From assembly GCA_965213625.1 (NCBI GenBank), contig CBDBZU010000004.1, positions 2,176,001 to 2,240,000 of the forward strand: a DNA stretch of 64,000 nt, written 5' to 3'. The notes under the pieces were generated by a model. It was not told where the DNA came from. It saw nothing but the letters and a program-made list of their open reading frames with translations, and made no database searches. The translations under genes and the position numbers were made by a program. Origin of the DNA: a bacterium (GTDB taxonomy: Bacteria > UBA8248). Positions 49,897 through 63,560 of the stretch are shown piece after piece. Numbering within the stretch: position 1 is the first letter of the stretch; each line of letters starts with the position of its first letter.

Positions 49897-50751
49897 ATGG
49901 GGATAGAAAAGGCAATGGTGGTGGGTGCGGGAACGATGGGCGCAGGAATCGCCCAGGTGTTCGCGCAAAACGAGATACCGGTGGTACTGACCGACCTGAA
50001 CGAAGAGATGGTGGTGAAGGCCATCGGGAGTCTCGAGGCGCGCGCGGCGAAACGCGTCGAGCAGGGAAAGATGTCTGCTGAGGCGAAAGACGCCATATTC
50101 TCGCGCATCACGCCGGGAACGGGCTACGCGAAGGCGGCGGATGCGGACATCGTCGTCGAGGCTGTTTTCGAGGACATGGAAATCAAGAAAAAAGTGCTGG
50201 GCGCACTGGATGAGGCGGCGCCCGAGCGCGCGATTGTCGCATCGAACACCACTTCCCTCTCCATCACCGAGATGGCGGCGGCCACTTCCAGGCCGGAGAA
50301 GGTCGTGGGCGTGCATTTCTTCAATCCGCCCCTGGTGATGAAGCTCGTCGAGATCATGCCGGGCCTCGGTACCTCCAGGGAGACGGTGGAAGCGGCGCGC
50401 ACACTCGCCGAGCGGCTCGGCAAGACGCCCGTAATGGCGAATTTCGACAGCCCGGCGGGCATCGGCAGCCGTGTGCTGGCGGGGATGCTCAACGAGGCGG
50501 TGGAGGTATATGCGGGTGGTCTCGCGTCCGCCGAGGACATCGACAAGGCGATGAAGATGGGCGCAGGCCTGCCCATGGGGCCGCTCGAACTCATCGACCT
50601 GATCGGCGTGGACATCCACCTCGCCAAGACGGAGACGCTCTACCGTGAACTGGGAGATACGCGCTACCGGCCCAATTTTCTGTTGCGCAAGATGGTCAGG
50701 GCGGGTCATTTAGGCCGAAAGTCCGGCCGCGGCTTCTTCACCTACGAATAA
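49897..50751 (+). CDS. 3-hydroxyacyl/3-hydroxybutyryl-CoA dehydrogenase
   Basis: GAGTMG, VEAVFE, ASNTTS, HFFNP, PMGP, GRKSGRGF. Confidence 0.93.
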   Translation: MGIEKAMVVGAGTMGAGIAQVFAQNEIPVVLTDLNEEMVVKAIGSLEARAAKRVEQGKMSAEAKDAIFSRITPGTGYAKAADADIVVEAVFEDMEIKKKVLGALDEAAPERAIVASNTTSLSITEMAAATSRPEKVVGVHFFNPPLVMKLVEIMPGLGTSRETVEAARTLAERLGKTPVMANFDSPAGIGSRVLAGMLNEAVEVYAGGLASAEDIDKAMKMGAGLPMGPLELIDLIGVDIHLAKTETLYRELGDTRYRPNFLLRKMVRAGHLGRKSGRGFFTYE

Positions 50752-50772
50752 GCATCATATCCTGAGAAAACA

Positions 50773-51924
50773 GTGGATTTTGAACTCAACGAAACCCAGC
50801 GGCTGATCAAGGAAACGGCGGCGGAGTTCGCCCAGAGGCGAATCGTGCCCGTGGCCCGGGAAAACGACGAGAAAGAACGTTACCCGGCGGAGATCGTCGC
50901 CGAAATGGGCGAGTTGGGCATGTTCGGCGGGCCGATTCCCGAGGAATACGGCGGCGCGGGTCTCGACTATATCTCCTACGCCATCATGAACGAGGAGATC
51001 AGCAAGGCGTGCAGTTCGGTGCGCACCGTCTTGTCTGTGCAGCTCTCTCTCGTCGCCACCACGATTCTGAAGTGGGGCAGCGAGGCACAGAAGAAGAAGT
51101 ATCTGCCGAAACTCTGCACGGCGGAATGGATTGGTTGTTTCGGCCTCACGGAGCCGGACGTGGGCTCCGATGCGCAGCACCTGAAGACCTTTGCGCAGAA
51201 GACTGCTGGCGGCTGGAAACTGAGTGGCCAGAAGATATGGATCAGCAACGGCGGCGTCGCGCAACTCGCACTCGTGATCGCGCAGACCGATCGTGAGAAC
51301 CCCCGCAAGATGGCGGCGTTCCTGGTGGAAACCGACCGACCCGGCTTCGAGGCCAAGACAATGCACGGAAAACTGGGTCTCAGGAGCTCGAACACCGCCG
51401 AGCTTTTCCTGGCGAACGTGGAAGTGCCGGATGACGCCTTGATGGGGGAAGTGGGCGATGGCTTCAAGGTCGCGATGAGCGCGCTAGACAACGGTCGCTA
51501 TTCCGTGGGCGCGGGTTGCCTGGGCATCGCACAGGGTTCCCTCGAAGCGTCTGTCGCCTACGCGAAAGAACGCCACACGTTCGGAAAGCCCATCGCGGCG
51601 CATCAACTCGTACAGGACATGATTGCCCGGATGGTAGTCGATATCGACGCGAGCAGGCTCCTGCTCTACCGGGCGGGGGAACTCAAGAACGCAGGGCAAC
51701 CGAACACGCGCGAGACCTCCATCGCCAAATACTATTGCAGCGAAGCGGCCCTTCGCTGCGCGAACGACGCCATTCAGATTCACGGCGGCATGGGCTACAG
51801 CAACGAGTATCCCGTGGAGCGCTATATGCGCGACGCCCGCGTGGCGACCATTTACGAGGGAACCAGCCAGATTCAAAAGATCATCATCGCAGGCTTTGAA
51901 ACCGGAATCCGCGCGTTCGCGTGA
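50773..51924 (+). CDS. Acyl-CoA dehydrogenase
   Basis: FGLTEPDVGSD, GQKIWISNG, QIHGGMGY, IYEGTSQIQ. Confidence 0.95.
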   Translation: MDFELNETQRLIKETAAEFAQRRIVPVARENDEKERYPAEIVAEMGELGMFGGPIPEEYGGAGLDYISYAIMNEEISKACSSVRTVLSVQLSLVATTILKWGSEAQKKKYLPKLCTAEWIGCFGLTEPDVGSDAQHLKTFAQKTAGGWKLSGQKIWISNGGVAQLALVIAQTDRENPRKMAAFLVETDRPGFEAKTMHGKLGLRSSNTAELFLANVEVPDDALMGEVGDGFKVAMSALDNGRYSVGAGCLGIAQGSLEASVAYAKERHTFGKPIAAHQLVQDMIARMVVDIDASRLLLYRAGELKNAGQPNTRETSIAKYYCSEAALRCANDAIQIHGGMGYSNEYPVERYMRDARVATIYEGTSQIQKIIIAGFETGIRAFA

Positions 51925-52088
51925 GCGAATAATATCGCAAGTCTTTGAATTTCTGTTATTTGAATGTTGTCAGGCACCCAGTCATCGATTGTTCTCGGAA
52001 TCATGATGCAAGAAACCTCTTGAAATTCGTTCCGATACGCGGTAAGGCTCAAGAAGGGCAGTGATATCAGCCGCTACGCGAGGTTGTC

Positions 52089-53198
52089 ATGACGAATCCC
52101 GAGCAGGAACTGCACAGAACCTCCCTGTATGAAACCCACAAGGCCGCAGGCGCCAAGATGGTGCCCTTCGCAGGCTATGAGATGCCCGTCCAGTACACGG
52201 GCGTCATCGAGGAGCACCGTGCGGTGCGGGAAGCGGCCGGTCTGTTCGACGTGAGCCACATGGGCGAGTTCGAAGCGCGCGGAAAAGAAGCGGGCGCTTT
52301 CGTCCACAAGTTGGTGACGAACAACGTCCGCAAGCTCGAGGTGGGCGGCGTCCTTTATGCGGCCATGTGCAGGGAGGAAGGCGGGATCGTGGATGACCTC
52401 ACGGTCTACCGGCTCGATGATGAGCGCTATATGGCCGTCGTGAACGCGGCGAACATCGAAAAAGACTGGGAGTGGATGGCTTCCCACCACACCGAGGACT
52501 GCGAGTTCGAAAACGTGAGTGAGCGGATTGGCCTCCTCGCCTTACAAGGCCCCAAGGCGGAATACATATTAGGCAAATTGATTCCGGGCGGAGGAGACCT
52601 CGCCGGCATCCCCTACTACGGGGCGCATCACAAGGATGTGGCGGGGTGTGAAGTGCTGGTCTCCCGCACGGGCTATACCGGAGAGGACGGTTTTGAGCTC
52701 TATTGCAAATCGGCAGATGCGCCTGTGCTCTGGGATGCGCTGATGAGCGAGGGCGTGGGCGAGGGTCTCAAGCCCTGCGGCCTCGGCGCGCGGGATACAT
52801 TGCGCACCGAGATGAAATTCGCTCTGTATGGAAACGACATCGATGAGTCCACCCATCCGCTCGAAGCGGGTCTCGGCTGGGTGGTGAGGTACAAGGCGGG
52901 GGATTTCATCGGCCGCGAGAAACTGTTGGCCCTCAAGGCCGAGGGCGTGAAGCGAAAACTGGTTGGATTCGAGATGGTGGATCGTGGTATTCCTCGTCAT
53001 GGAGCGCCCATCCTCATCGACGGCGAAGTGGCCGGTGAGGTGACGAGCGGGACGATGAGTCCCTCTCTTGGCAAAGCCATCGGGATAGGCTACGTTCCTG
53101 CCTCGAATGCAGGTGAGGGTGCTGCTCTCGAAATCGACATCCGCGGCAAAGCGAGGCGGGCGCAGATAGTGAAGACACCTTTTTACAAGAAGAGCTAG
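52089..53198 (+). CDS. gcvT: Glycine cleavage system aminomethyltransferase T
   Basis: FDVSHMG, SRTGYTGEDGFE, GLGARDTLR. Confidence 0.97.
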   Translation: MTNPEQELHRTSLYETHKAAGAKMVPFAGYEMPVQYTGVIEEHRAVREAAGLFDVSHMGEFEARGKEAGAFVHKLVTNNVRKLEVGGVLYAAMCREEGGIVDDLTVYRLDDERYMAVVNAANIEKDWEWMASHHTEDCEFENVSERIGLLALQGPKAEYILGKLIPGGGDLAGIPYYGAHHKDVAGCEVLVSRTGYTGEDGFELYCKSADAPVLWDALMSEGVGEGLKPCGLGARDTLRTEMKFALYGNDIDESTHPLEAGLGWVVRYKAGDFIGREKLLALKAEGVKRKLVGFEMVDRGIPRHGAPILIDGEVAGEVTSGTMSPSLGKAIGIGYVPASNAGEGAALEIDIRGKARRAQIVKTPFYKKS

Positions 53199-53270
53199 CG
53201 GAGAAAATTACATTTTCTCATAACAAATCATCAGAAACTGCCGTCATTTAAGAGGGAGGCATTCAGGAGC

Positions 53271-53660
53271 ATGGAACTACCGAGCGGCCTCAAATATTCC
53301 AGAGAGCACGAGTGGGTGAGAGTAGAGGGAAACATCGCGGTGATTGGGATCACGGACTTCGCCCAATCGGAACTGGGAGACGTAGTGTACGTCGAACTCC
53401 CCGAAGTCGGCGCCGAGGTGGAGGCGAACAACACGTTCGGTGTTGTGGAGAGTGTCAAGGCGGTATCTGACCTTTTCGCGCCTGTCTCCGGCGTCGTCGT
53501 CGAGGCGAACACCACGCTCGAGGATCAACCCGAACTCGTGAACTCCGAGCCCTATGAAGACGGCTGGATGATTCGGGTGGAGATGAAAGACGAGTCGGAG
53601 TTGAACGATCTCCTGGAAGCCGATTCGTACCGGGCTTACACCGAGGAGGAAAGCGGTTAG
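53271..53660 (+). CDS. gcvH: Glycine cleavage system H protein
   Basis: EHEWV, GITDFAQ, VESVKA lipoyl lysine. Confidence 0.98.
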   Translation: MELPSGLKYSREHEWVRVEGNIAVIGITDFAQSELGDVVYVELPEVGAEVEANNTFGVVESVKAVSDLFAPVSGVVVEANTTLEDQPELVNSEPYEDGWMIRVEMKDESELNDLLEADSYRAYTEEESG

Positions 53661-53763
53661 CCCGAACGGCTCTTCTTCGCGCTGGAGGGAGTATTCATCT
53701 CCCGTGAACCGGAGCGGAAATGATTTGTCCGCCTGAATCCCCATAACCTGAAGGGGCGCATTC

Positions 53764-56652
<2,889 letters not shown>

Positions 56653-56654
56653 TA

Positions 56655-57503
56655 ATGGAACGCACAGATTCTGAACCGCAAGAAGTCCCCCATGCACGTT
56701 TCTTAAATACGGGCGAATCTACTGCCGCCTGGAACATGGCGGTGGATGAGTTGTTGTTCGAGTGTTGCCAGACACATCTGAGAGAAGGTCATCCTTCCAA
56801 GGAGGCGCCCCTCACGTTTCGCGTCTACGCATGGTCGCCCCCGGCTATCTCCTTGGGCCGCGGCCAGGCCGCCGAGCGCGATATTTTTCTGGAGAAGTTA
56901 GTGGATGAGGGGATCGACATCTGCCGGAGGCTCACCGGCGGGCGCGCGGTGCTCCATGATTGTGAATTGACGTATTCCATCACGGGTTCGCAGGCACTGT
57001 TGGGTGATGCGATTGGGGAAACGTATCACAAAATCAGCGAAGGACTGGCCGAAGGATTGGCGGCCTTGGGCGCGGAGGTCGAATTGGCTCCCCCGAGCGG
57101 GAGTGCGTATGCTTCGCAAGGCTCTTGCTTTGCCACGGCATCGGTGTGGGAACTCGCGATTGGCGGGAAAAAGATGGTGGGCAGCGCACAATGCCGCGAG
57201 GGCGGCGCGGTTTTACAACACGGAAGCGTGCTGCTCCGCTCCTCGGAGGAGCGACTGGCGGGTCTCCTCAAACCAAGGAGAGCCGAGCGGCTGCTCTCCC
57301 GCAACGCGCACGCGATTGGTCTTTGGGAAGTGTTGGGCGGAGAAATTTCGTTTCATGAGGTGGCCGACTCCTTGAAGGCAGGTTTGGAGAAGGTGTTTGG
57401 TTTTCGCTTTGAACCAGGCGAGTTGTCGGATATTGAGAGTGCGGGAGCTTTGGAAATTTCCCGCGCCCGATACGAAAACCAGGAGTGGACGCTGGCAAGG
57501 TAA
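56655..57503 (+). CDS. Lipoate-protein ligase / octanoyltransferase (LipM-like)
   Basis: NMAVDE, RRLTGGRAVLHD, KMVGSAQ, LQHGS. Confidence 0.9.
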   Translation: MERTDSEPQEVPHARFLNTGESTAAWNMAVDELLFECCQTHLREGHPSKEAPLTFRVYAWSPPAISLGRGQAAERDIFLEKLVDEGIDICRRLTGGRAVLHDCELTYSITGSQALLGDAIGETYHKISEGLAEGLAALGAEVELAPPSGSAYASQGSCFATASVWELAIGGKKMVGSAQCREGGAVLQHGSVLLRSSEERLAGLLKPRRAERLLSRNAHAIGLWEVLGGEISFHEVADSLKAGLEKVFGFRFEPGELSDIESAGALEISRARYENQEWTLAR

Positions 57504-57543
57504 CGAGACGTTTGCCGATTGCATTATTTTACCTTCCATTTCC

Positions 57544-57573
57544 TTGACACTATCGGCGACATGGCCCTATCGT
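57544..57573 (+). promoter_or_regulatory. Putative sigma70 promoter of tRNA-Gly
   Basis: TTGACA-N18-TATCGT, 10 nt before the tRNA. Confidence 0.55.
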
Positions 57574-57583
57574 TCGTATGTAG

Positions 57584-57658
<75 letters not shown>

Positions 57659-57712
57659 TTCTTCGAGCCGGGCGGAAGCCGGAGTTTCCCTCGCATCCAG
57701 GAATCTGTATCC

Positions 57713-58588
57713 ATGTCGCATGACTTTCATTTCAATGGTCTCTCTCTCGATGCAAAGGTTGTAGAGCTTCACACCCATTCGAATATGTCCGATGGCTTGG
57801 AGTCTCCCGAAAAACTCATGCAAAGGGCGAAACGCGCCGGGGTGCGTGCCATATCGCTCACGGATCACGACACGGTTGCGGGTTTGTCTCGTGCGGACGC
57901 GGAGGCGGAAAGACTGGGGATGGATTTTATTCCCGGCATCGAGTTCACATGCGACCATGATGGTCGAAGCGTGCATGTTCTCGGCCATTTTATTCAGCCG
58001 GACGCGCCCCGTCTGGCGGCGCAAATAAAAGTGCGCGGCTTTGCCAGGGTGGAGAGAATGGGTGAGATAATTGATCGTCTCAATCATGCCGGTTTGTGTT
58101 TGGATAAGGAGGATTTTTTCGCCGCCTATGCTGATAGCCCGAGCATCACACGGGGACAGTTGGGCGCATACATGCTCAAGAAAGGGTTCGCCAGGTCACG
58201 CGAAGAAGTTTTTACGAAATACATCGGTGAAAACGCGCCTTGCTACGTGGAACTGAATACGCTTACTCCTTATGACGCGCTAGATCTCATTCATGAAGCC
58301 TGTGGAGTCGCCACTCTCGCACACCCGATGTTGAGCGCGTGTGATGAAATTATCCCGGCCTTGGCGGAAGCGGGTCTCGTGGGCCTCGAAGTGGAGCATC
58401 CCTCGCAGGATTCGGACGCACAGCGCCATTACCGGAAAATGGCCGAAGAACATGGTTTGTTATGCCTGGGAGGATCGGATTGTCACGGTATTCCCCACAA
58501 GCGGGATAGACTGGGACAATTCTCACAGCCCTTGCATTTGTTGCTTGAACTTTCGAAGCGTGTGAATACTCGCCGGGCGGCAACATAA
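57713..58588 (+). CDS. PHP domain protein (TrpH/YciV-like phosphoesterase)
   Basis: LHTHS..SDG, LTDHDT, GIE, HVLG, LAHP, GGSDCHG. Confidence 0.92.
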   Translation: MSHDFHFNGLSLDAKVVELHTHSNMSDGLESPEKLMQRAKRAGVRAISLTDHDTVAGLSRADAEAERLGMDFIPGIEFTCDHDGRSVHVLGHFIQPDAPRLAAQIKVRGFARVERMGEIIDRLNHAGLCLDKEDFFAAYADSPSITRGQLGAYMLKKGFARSREEVFTKYIGENAPCYVELNTLTPYDALDLIHEACGVATLAHPMLSACDEIIPALAEAGLVGLEVEHPSQDSDAQRHYRKMAEEHGLLCLGGSDCHGIPHKRDRLGQFSQPLHLLLELSKRVNTRRAAT

Positions 58589-58598
58589 GGAACGCTAC

Positions 58599-59666
58599 AT
58601 GGCGCTTCAGGATCAATTCATTCGACGGTGGCGGCTTCTCAGAGCTCTGGAGAGCGGAGAAAGCTGGTCTTATGAAGAACTCCTTGCGCTCTTGGGAAAG
58701 GAGTCCGCTGGAGATATCGCCCAGAAGTGGAGTTTGAGAACGCTTCAAAGGGATATATCGCATTTGCTGAAGGCTGGATTCCCGCTGGAGAGGGTTCGCA
58801 CGGGTCGCAAGATGCGATATCGTTTGTTAAGAGATTATGTGGATTCGGTTCCGAAGCCGTTTTCGCCTTCTCAGTGGGCGTCTTTGTATTACGCCCTTTG
58901 CATGTTGCGGGATATGCCGAGTAGTCCGTTAAGGGAGGAATCGTTCAGCGATAGTGTCAGCGGCGTTTTCAGCCGGTTGCGAAATTACATCCCCGCGGCT
59001 TTGCGCGCATATGCAGAGGGAGTGGAGCCGCGTTATGCCGGTGTCGTAGGGGCGCTGAGGGAGCACGGGCGGCAGCGCAGGGTTGGCGGCATTCTGATCG
59101 AAGCGATAGAGAAGGGAAAACCTGCGAGAATCCTGGCGGCCCGTGCGGGCGAGATTCGTAAACGCTGGTGGAAGATAGACCCCTATCTCCTGCATTTCGA
59201 TGGCGGAAGCTATCATCTACTGGCGCGCGAATCAGAAAAAAATGCCATGGACGTCTGGCATCTGGAGGGCATAGAGAGCGTCCGCGTCATGGCCGGGGCT
59301 TTTCAGATGCCTTTGGGTTTGGATTTGAAGGCTTTGCTGGCCGAGTGCTTGCGCGATGCGATGAATAATGGTTTGAATGTGAGAGTTCGATTCGGGAAGG
59401 ATGTGGCGCTTCATGCAGTTATCGCTTTCATGAAAGAAGCGTTCGGCGAAGTGGAGCAATTGAAAAAATTGAGCAAATCGAGCCGCGATGTCACGGTTCG
59501 GGTAAGTGACGTTTGGGGTTTCAGGCGATGGCTGATGTCTTTCGGTCAGGAAGCGGAGTTGATGGCCCCGGCCGAATTACGCGATGCGTTCGCTCAGGAT
59601 CTGGAAGCTGCCTTGAAGAAGTACCGCAAGGGCCGCCGCGGAAGAAAAGTAGCTAATCCGGCCTGA
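58599..59666 (+). CDS. HTH-WYL-WCX transcriptional regulator (degenerate WYL)
   Basis: SLRTLQRDI HTH, IDPYLL..GGSYHLLA, WLMSFG..AELMAPAELR WCX. Confidence 0.8.
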   Translation: MALQDQFIRRWRLLRALESGESWSYEELLALLGKESAGDIAQKWSLRTLQRDISHLLKAGFPLERVRTGRKMRYRLLRDYVDSVPKPFSPSQWASLYYALCMLRDMPSSPLREESFSDSVSGVFSRLRNYIPAALRAYAEGVEPRYAGVVGALREHGRQRRVGGILIEAIEKGKPARILAARAGEIRKRWWKIDPYLLHFDGGSYHLLARESEKNAMDVWHLEGIESVRVMAGAFQMPLGLDLKALLAECLRDAMNNGLNVRVRFGKDVALHAVIAFMKEAFGEVEQLKKLSKSSRDVTVRVSDVWGFRRWLMSFGQEAELMAPAELRDAFAQDLEAALKKYRKGRRGRKVANPA

Positions 59667-59689
59667 TAAATTGTTGAGGAGGGCCTGAT

Positions 59690-59971
59690 ATGAGATTGAG
59701 AAAAGAGATGATTGAACGAATCGCCAACAAGATTGTCGAGCGGCTGATTCGTCGTGAAATGATATCCGAGGATTCGAATGAGGAAGTGCTCAGGACCCGG
59801 ATTACGCACGTCATCGAAGCGGATCTGATGGTGGAAGATCGCCTCAACGACGAGGTCAAAGAAATCCTGCGGGATTTCGAAGAGGAAATGGACAGGGGCA
59901 ACGTGGACTACAGCCGGATGTTTACGATGGTGAAAACAAAGCTTGCGCGCGAGCGAAATCTCGTGCTTTGA
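59690..59971 (+). CDS. DUF507 family protein
   Basis: MRL..E.I..IA, EDRLNDEVKEIL, VDYSRMF..VK.KLARER. Confidence 0.85.
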   Translation: MRLRKEMIERIANKIVERLIRREMISEDSNEEVLRTRITHVIEADLMVEDRLNDEVKEILRDFEEEMDRGNVDYSRMFTMVKTKLARERNLVL

Positions 59972-60022
59972 AGGGGTAGCGAGGAGTTTTCAGTTTTATT
60001 TTAATTTAAGGAGAACGCGGCC

Positions 60023-60298
60023 ATGAAACTCAGCCGCGAGAAGATCAATCATCTGACGAATCTGGTCGTCAAGGACATTGAAGAGTGTGAGGATGTGGAC
60101 TTTCTGGTCGAGCCCCAGGAATTGCGTATGAATGTGTTGCGCGCCATTAGCAATGAGCTGATCATTGATGATGAAATAGAAGAGGAGGTGCGAAGGATTT
60201 TGAGCACCTATTCCAGCAGGTTGGTCGAGGGTAGCCGCGACTGGGAGATACTCTTCAACAAGCATTATGAGCAAGAGGCGAAACGACGCGGCATTTGA
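60023..60298 (+). CDS. DUF507 family protein
   Basis: MKLSREKINHL, EGSRDWEILFNKHYEQE. Confidence 0.85.
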   Translation: MKLSREKINHLTNLVVKDIEECEDVDFLVEPQELRMNVLRAISNELIIDDEIEEEVRRILSTYSSRLVEGSRDWEILFNKHYEQEAKRRGI

Positions 60299-60353
60299 TC
60301 TCCTCAACTGGTGCCTATGATATGTTGCCTCCCGATAGCCGAAAAGCGATGAC

Positions 60354-60953
60354 GTGCGCAAAGTTGGTTTGACTGGAGGAATCGCCAGCGGGAAATCCAC
60401 GGTGAGCCGCATGTTCCAGGACCTGGGTGTTCCGGTCATCGACGCGGACGTCATAGCGCGCGAGGTCGTCGCTCCTGGGTCTCGGGCTCTTGAGGCGATC
60501 GTCGACGCTTTTGGCGAAGAAGTCCTTACTGATGAGAAGAGCTTGAACCGCGCCAGACTCGGAGAATTAGTTTTTTCCGACTCTTCAAAAAAGAAGGTTC
60601 TGGAGGGTATCCTGCATCCTGAAATCATCGCCGAGCAAGACAGGCGGCTGAGCGACTTTGAGCGGGAAGGACATGCACCCGTCGCGATTGTGGACGCAGC
60701 CGTCATGATTGAGTCGGGAAGCTGGAAGCGATTCGACTCGCTAGTGGTTGTCGATTGCGATGAATCCCAGCAGATTAGCCGATTACGCCGGCGAAACGCG
60801 ATGAATGAAGAGGAAGCCTTGAGGCGCGTTCATGCGCAGATGCCGCTTTCTGAAAAAGTGAAGTATGCGGATCACGTGATTGACAATCGCGGTTCAATCG
60901 ATGATACCCGTAAGCAGGTAGAGGAGTTGATGAAATTACTTTCTGAGAAATGA
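60354..60953 (+). CDS. coaE: Dephospho-CoA kinase
   Basis: GLTGGIASGKSTV, IDADVIAR, ILHP, AQMP, ADHVIDN. Confidence 0.96.
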   Translation: MRKVGLTGGIASGKSTVSRMFQDLGVPVIDADVIAREVVAPGSRALEAIVDAFGEEVLTDEKSLNRARLGELVFSDSSKKKVLEGILHPEIIAEQDRRLSDFEREGHAPVAIVDAAVMIESGSWKRFDSLVVVDCDESQQISRLRRRNAMNEEEALRRVHAQMPLSEKVKYADHVIDNRGSIDDTRKQVEELMKLLSEK

Positions 60954-60964
60954 ATTGAAAAGTG

Positions 60965-60993
60965 TTGACAAAATTGTTTGAACTGATTATTTT
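60965..60993 (+). promoter_or_regulatory. Putative sigma70 promoter of rho
   Basis: TTGACA-N17-TATTTT, about 400 nt upstream of the rho ATG. Confidence 0.55.
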
Positions 60994-61400
60994 TTTGAAA
61001 CACTTATGAATTCTATTCCTGACACTTTTCGTCGCCCTGAATTTCAAATTCCATCTGATGTGTAACGATTTGGATTTTTAGAAAAGAGAAAATGTATCTT
61101 AGGAAATATAGGCACGCGAAGTTATAGTTCTCTCCGCGTACAAATATGTTCCCATGAATGGGTTCACGCGCGCGCCCATGATTGGCTCTGCAAATTACCG
61201 AATGCGCGCTTCACATCGCACCCGGCGATGAGAACCTGCATTTGAATCTGACATGAAGGAATTTCATTACATCAACTTTACCGCTTGAGGCTAGGAGGAA
61301 AAGTCTCCCCGCGCAGAATGTGGCGAGTGGTGCGACCAGAAGGCGCCATCTCACGTTCCAGGTGGTAAAAAGTGCCCACCCAACCGAGGAGAAGGGAGTT

Positions 61401-62693
61401 ATGGCAACAACAGAAACAAAATCTAGAAGCTTGAACCTGGCGGAACTGAAGAAAAAGACCATTGGAGAACTCAACCAGATTCTCAAGGAGTTCAGTACCG
61501 AAAGTGCCAGCGGACTCAGAAAACAGGATCTGATTTACAAGATACTCGAGGCGCAGTCCGACAAGGACCGCAACGGCGGTGGTGGAACCATCACCGGAGA
61601 GGGCGTACTCGAGATTTTGCCGGACGGATTCGGTTTCCTGCGTTCGCCCGCTTACAATTATCTGCCCGGCCCCGACGACATTTACGTTTCCCCCAGCCAG
61701 ATCCGCCGCTTCGATCTTCGCACCGGCGATACGGTAAGCGGTGAAATCCGCCAGCCGAAAGAGGGGGAGCGGTATTTCGCGCTGTTGAAAGTCGAGAAGA
61801 TCAATTTTGAACCTCCCGAAGCGAGCAAGGACAAAGTTCTGTTCGATAACCTCACCCCCTTGTATCCGGATCGCCGGATACAACTCGAAATATCCGGGGA
61901 AGAGGTCAGTTCGCGCGTACTGGACCTCATGACGCCGATAGGCTTCGGGCAGCGCGGCCTCATCGTCGCCGCGCCCAGAACCGGTAAGACGATGATGCTT
62001 CAGTCCATCGCGAAGAGCATCGCGACGAATCACCCCGAAGTTCACCTGATCGTTCTGCTCATCGACGAGCGCCCCGAGGAAGTCACGGACATGGAACGCT
62101 CCGTACGCGGGGAAGTGATCAGCTCTACTTTCGACGAGCCGGCGTCTCGTCACGTTCAGGTGGCGGACATGGTGATCGAAAAAGCGAAAAGACTCACCGA
62201 GCACAAACAAGATGTCGTTATCCTGCTCGATTCCATCACGCGTTTGGCGCGCGCGCACAACACCATCATCTCGCCGAGCGGAAAGGTTCTCTCTGGTGGC
62301 GTGGACTCGAATGCGCTGCAGCGGCCCAAGCGCTTCTTCGGCGCGGCGCGAAACCTGGAAGAAGGCGGGAGTCTCACCATTCTCGCCACGGCGCTGGTGG
62401 AGACGGGCAGCCGGATGGACGACGTGATTTTCGAGGAGTTCAAGGGCACCGGCAACATGGAAGTGCACCTCGACAGGAAGCTCTCCGACAAGCGCGTGTT
62501 CCCCTCGGTGGACATCAATAAATCCGGCACGAGGAAAGAGGAATTGCTGCTCAGCCCGCAGGAACTCAACCGCGTCTGGGTGTTACGCAAGGTTTTACAA
62601 CCACTTGGCGTGGTGGATTCGATGGAGCTCCTGCTCGAGAAAATCCAGGAGACGAAGACCAACGAGGATTTCCTCGCCTCGATGAACAACTGA
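61401..62693 (+). CDS. rho: Transcription termination factor Rho
   Basis: [51 protein letters not shown]. Confidence 0.98.
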   Translation: MATTETKSRSLNLAELKKKTIGELNQILKEFSTESASGLRKQDLIYKILEAQSDKDRNGGGGTITGEGVLEILPDGFGFLRSPAYNYLPGPDDIYVSPSQIRRFDLRTGDTVSGEIRQPKEGERYFALLKVEKINFEPPEASKDKVLFDNLTPLYPDRRIQLEISGEEVSSRVLDLMTPIGFGQRGLIVAAPRTGKTMMLQSIAKSIATNHPEVHLIVLLIDERPEEVTDMERSVRGEVISSTFDEPASRHVQVADMVIEKAKRLTEHKQDVVILLDSITRLARAHNTIISPSGKVLSGGVDSNALQRPKRFFGAARNLEEGGSLTILATALVETGSRMDDVIFEEFKGTGNMEVHLDRKLSDKRVFPSVDINKSGTRKEELLLSPQELNRVWVLRKVLQPLGVVDSMELLLEKIQETKTNEDFLASMNN

Positions 62694-62888
62694 CGCTTAA
62701 TGCCAACCTCTTGTTTTTACCTACTTTTGGGGGTAGACAAGGCGCTGGAGTTTCGATATAAAGCGCTCTCCTCGTAGGAGAGGGGGCTGGTTTTATTTCT
62801 CGAAAAACCACGTCTATTTAGCGTAATTTATCGAAATTTACGGAATTGTTTCCGACGTTTCGACCCCGAGATTTTGGAGCGCCTGATT

Positions 62889-63440
62889 ATGAAGGCCGAG
62901 ATTCATCCCGAGTTGTTCGAGTGCAAGGTTTCCTGCAGTGGTTGCGGCACCGAATTCACGACGTTCTCCACGCGCAGTGAAATCCGTGTGGAGGTCTGCT
63001 CGCAGTGCCAACCGTTCTTCACCGGAAAACAGGCGCGCATCGTCGATACCGAAGGCCGCGTAGAGAAGTTCGTCAAGAAGTTCGAGGGCAAGGAGGCGCG
63101 GGTCTCCAAGCGCAAGAGAAAGCAGGCCTCCGCCGAGGCGGAACGGGTCGCCCGGTTGGAGCGTGAAGCGAAGCAGGCCGCCGAGAAGGCGGAGGAAGAG
63201 AAAAAGCTCAGAGAGGAAGCCAGGCAGAAGCGGGCCGAGGAGCGCGCCGCGAGGCAGGCCGCCCAGGCGCAGAAAGAAGAATCCGCCGAGGCCGAGGCTG
63301 TCGCCGCCGCTGAGGATGCTTCGCCTGCGCCTGAACCCGCCGGTGCCGATGCGGCTGCCGCCGCGGCTGAAGACGCCGCACCCGAAGCATCGCCTGCGCC
63401 CGAACCGGACGGAGAAGCCGAAAAGCCCGAGGATTCATAA
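62889..63440 (+). CDS. rpmE: 50S ribosomal protein L31 (Zn-binding) with long charged/Ala-rich C-terminal extension
   Basis: [34 protein letters not shown]. Confidence 0.93.
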   Translation: MKAEIHPELFECKVSCSGCGTEFTTFSTRSEIRVEVCSQCQPFFTGKQARIVDTEGRVEKFVKKFEGKEARVSKRKRKQASAEAERVARLEREAKQAAEKAEEEKKLREEARQKRAEERAARQAAQAQKEESAEAEAVAAAEDASPAPEPAGADAAAAAAEDAAPEASPAPEPDGEAEKPEDS

Positions 63441-63560
63441 GCACGGAGCCTACCGTGTTTGCCTGGGGGCCGCCCCTGGGCGGAGGTTCCTCGGCAAACG
63501 CGAATCCGTGGCCTGAGGACGATTCCGGGCCACCCCATTCGCTGCCCGTCGGTTGATCCC

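Noticed and set aside
51925-52088. Glycine riboswitch upstream of gcvT
   Set aside because: No GGAGA/CCGAAG/CTCAGG aptamer motifs seen.
62822-62843. AATTTATCGA-containing imperfect palindrome upstream of rpmE as a third copy of the 19.7 kb motif
   Set aside because: A single short AT-rich match without the rest of the element; may be chance.
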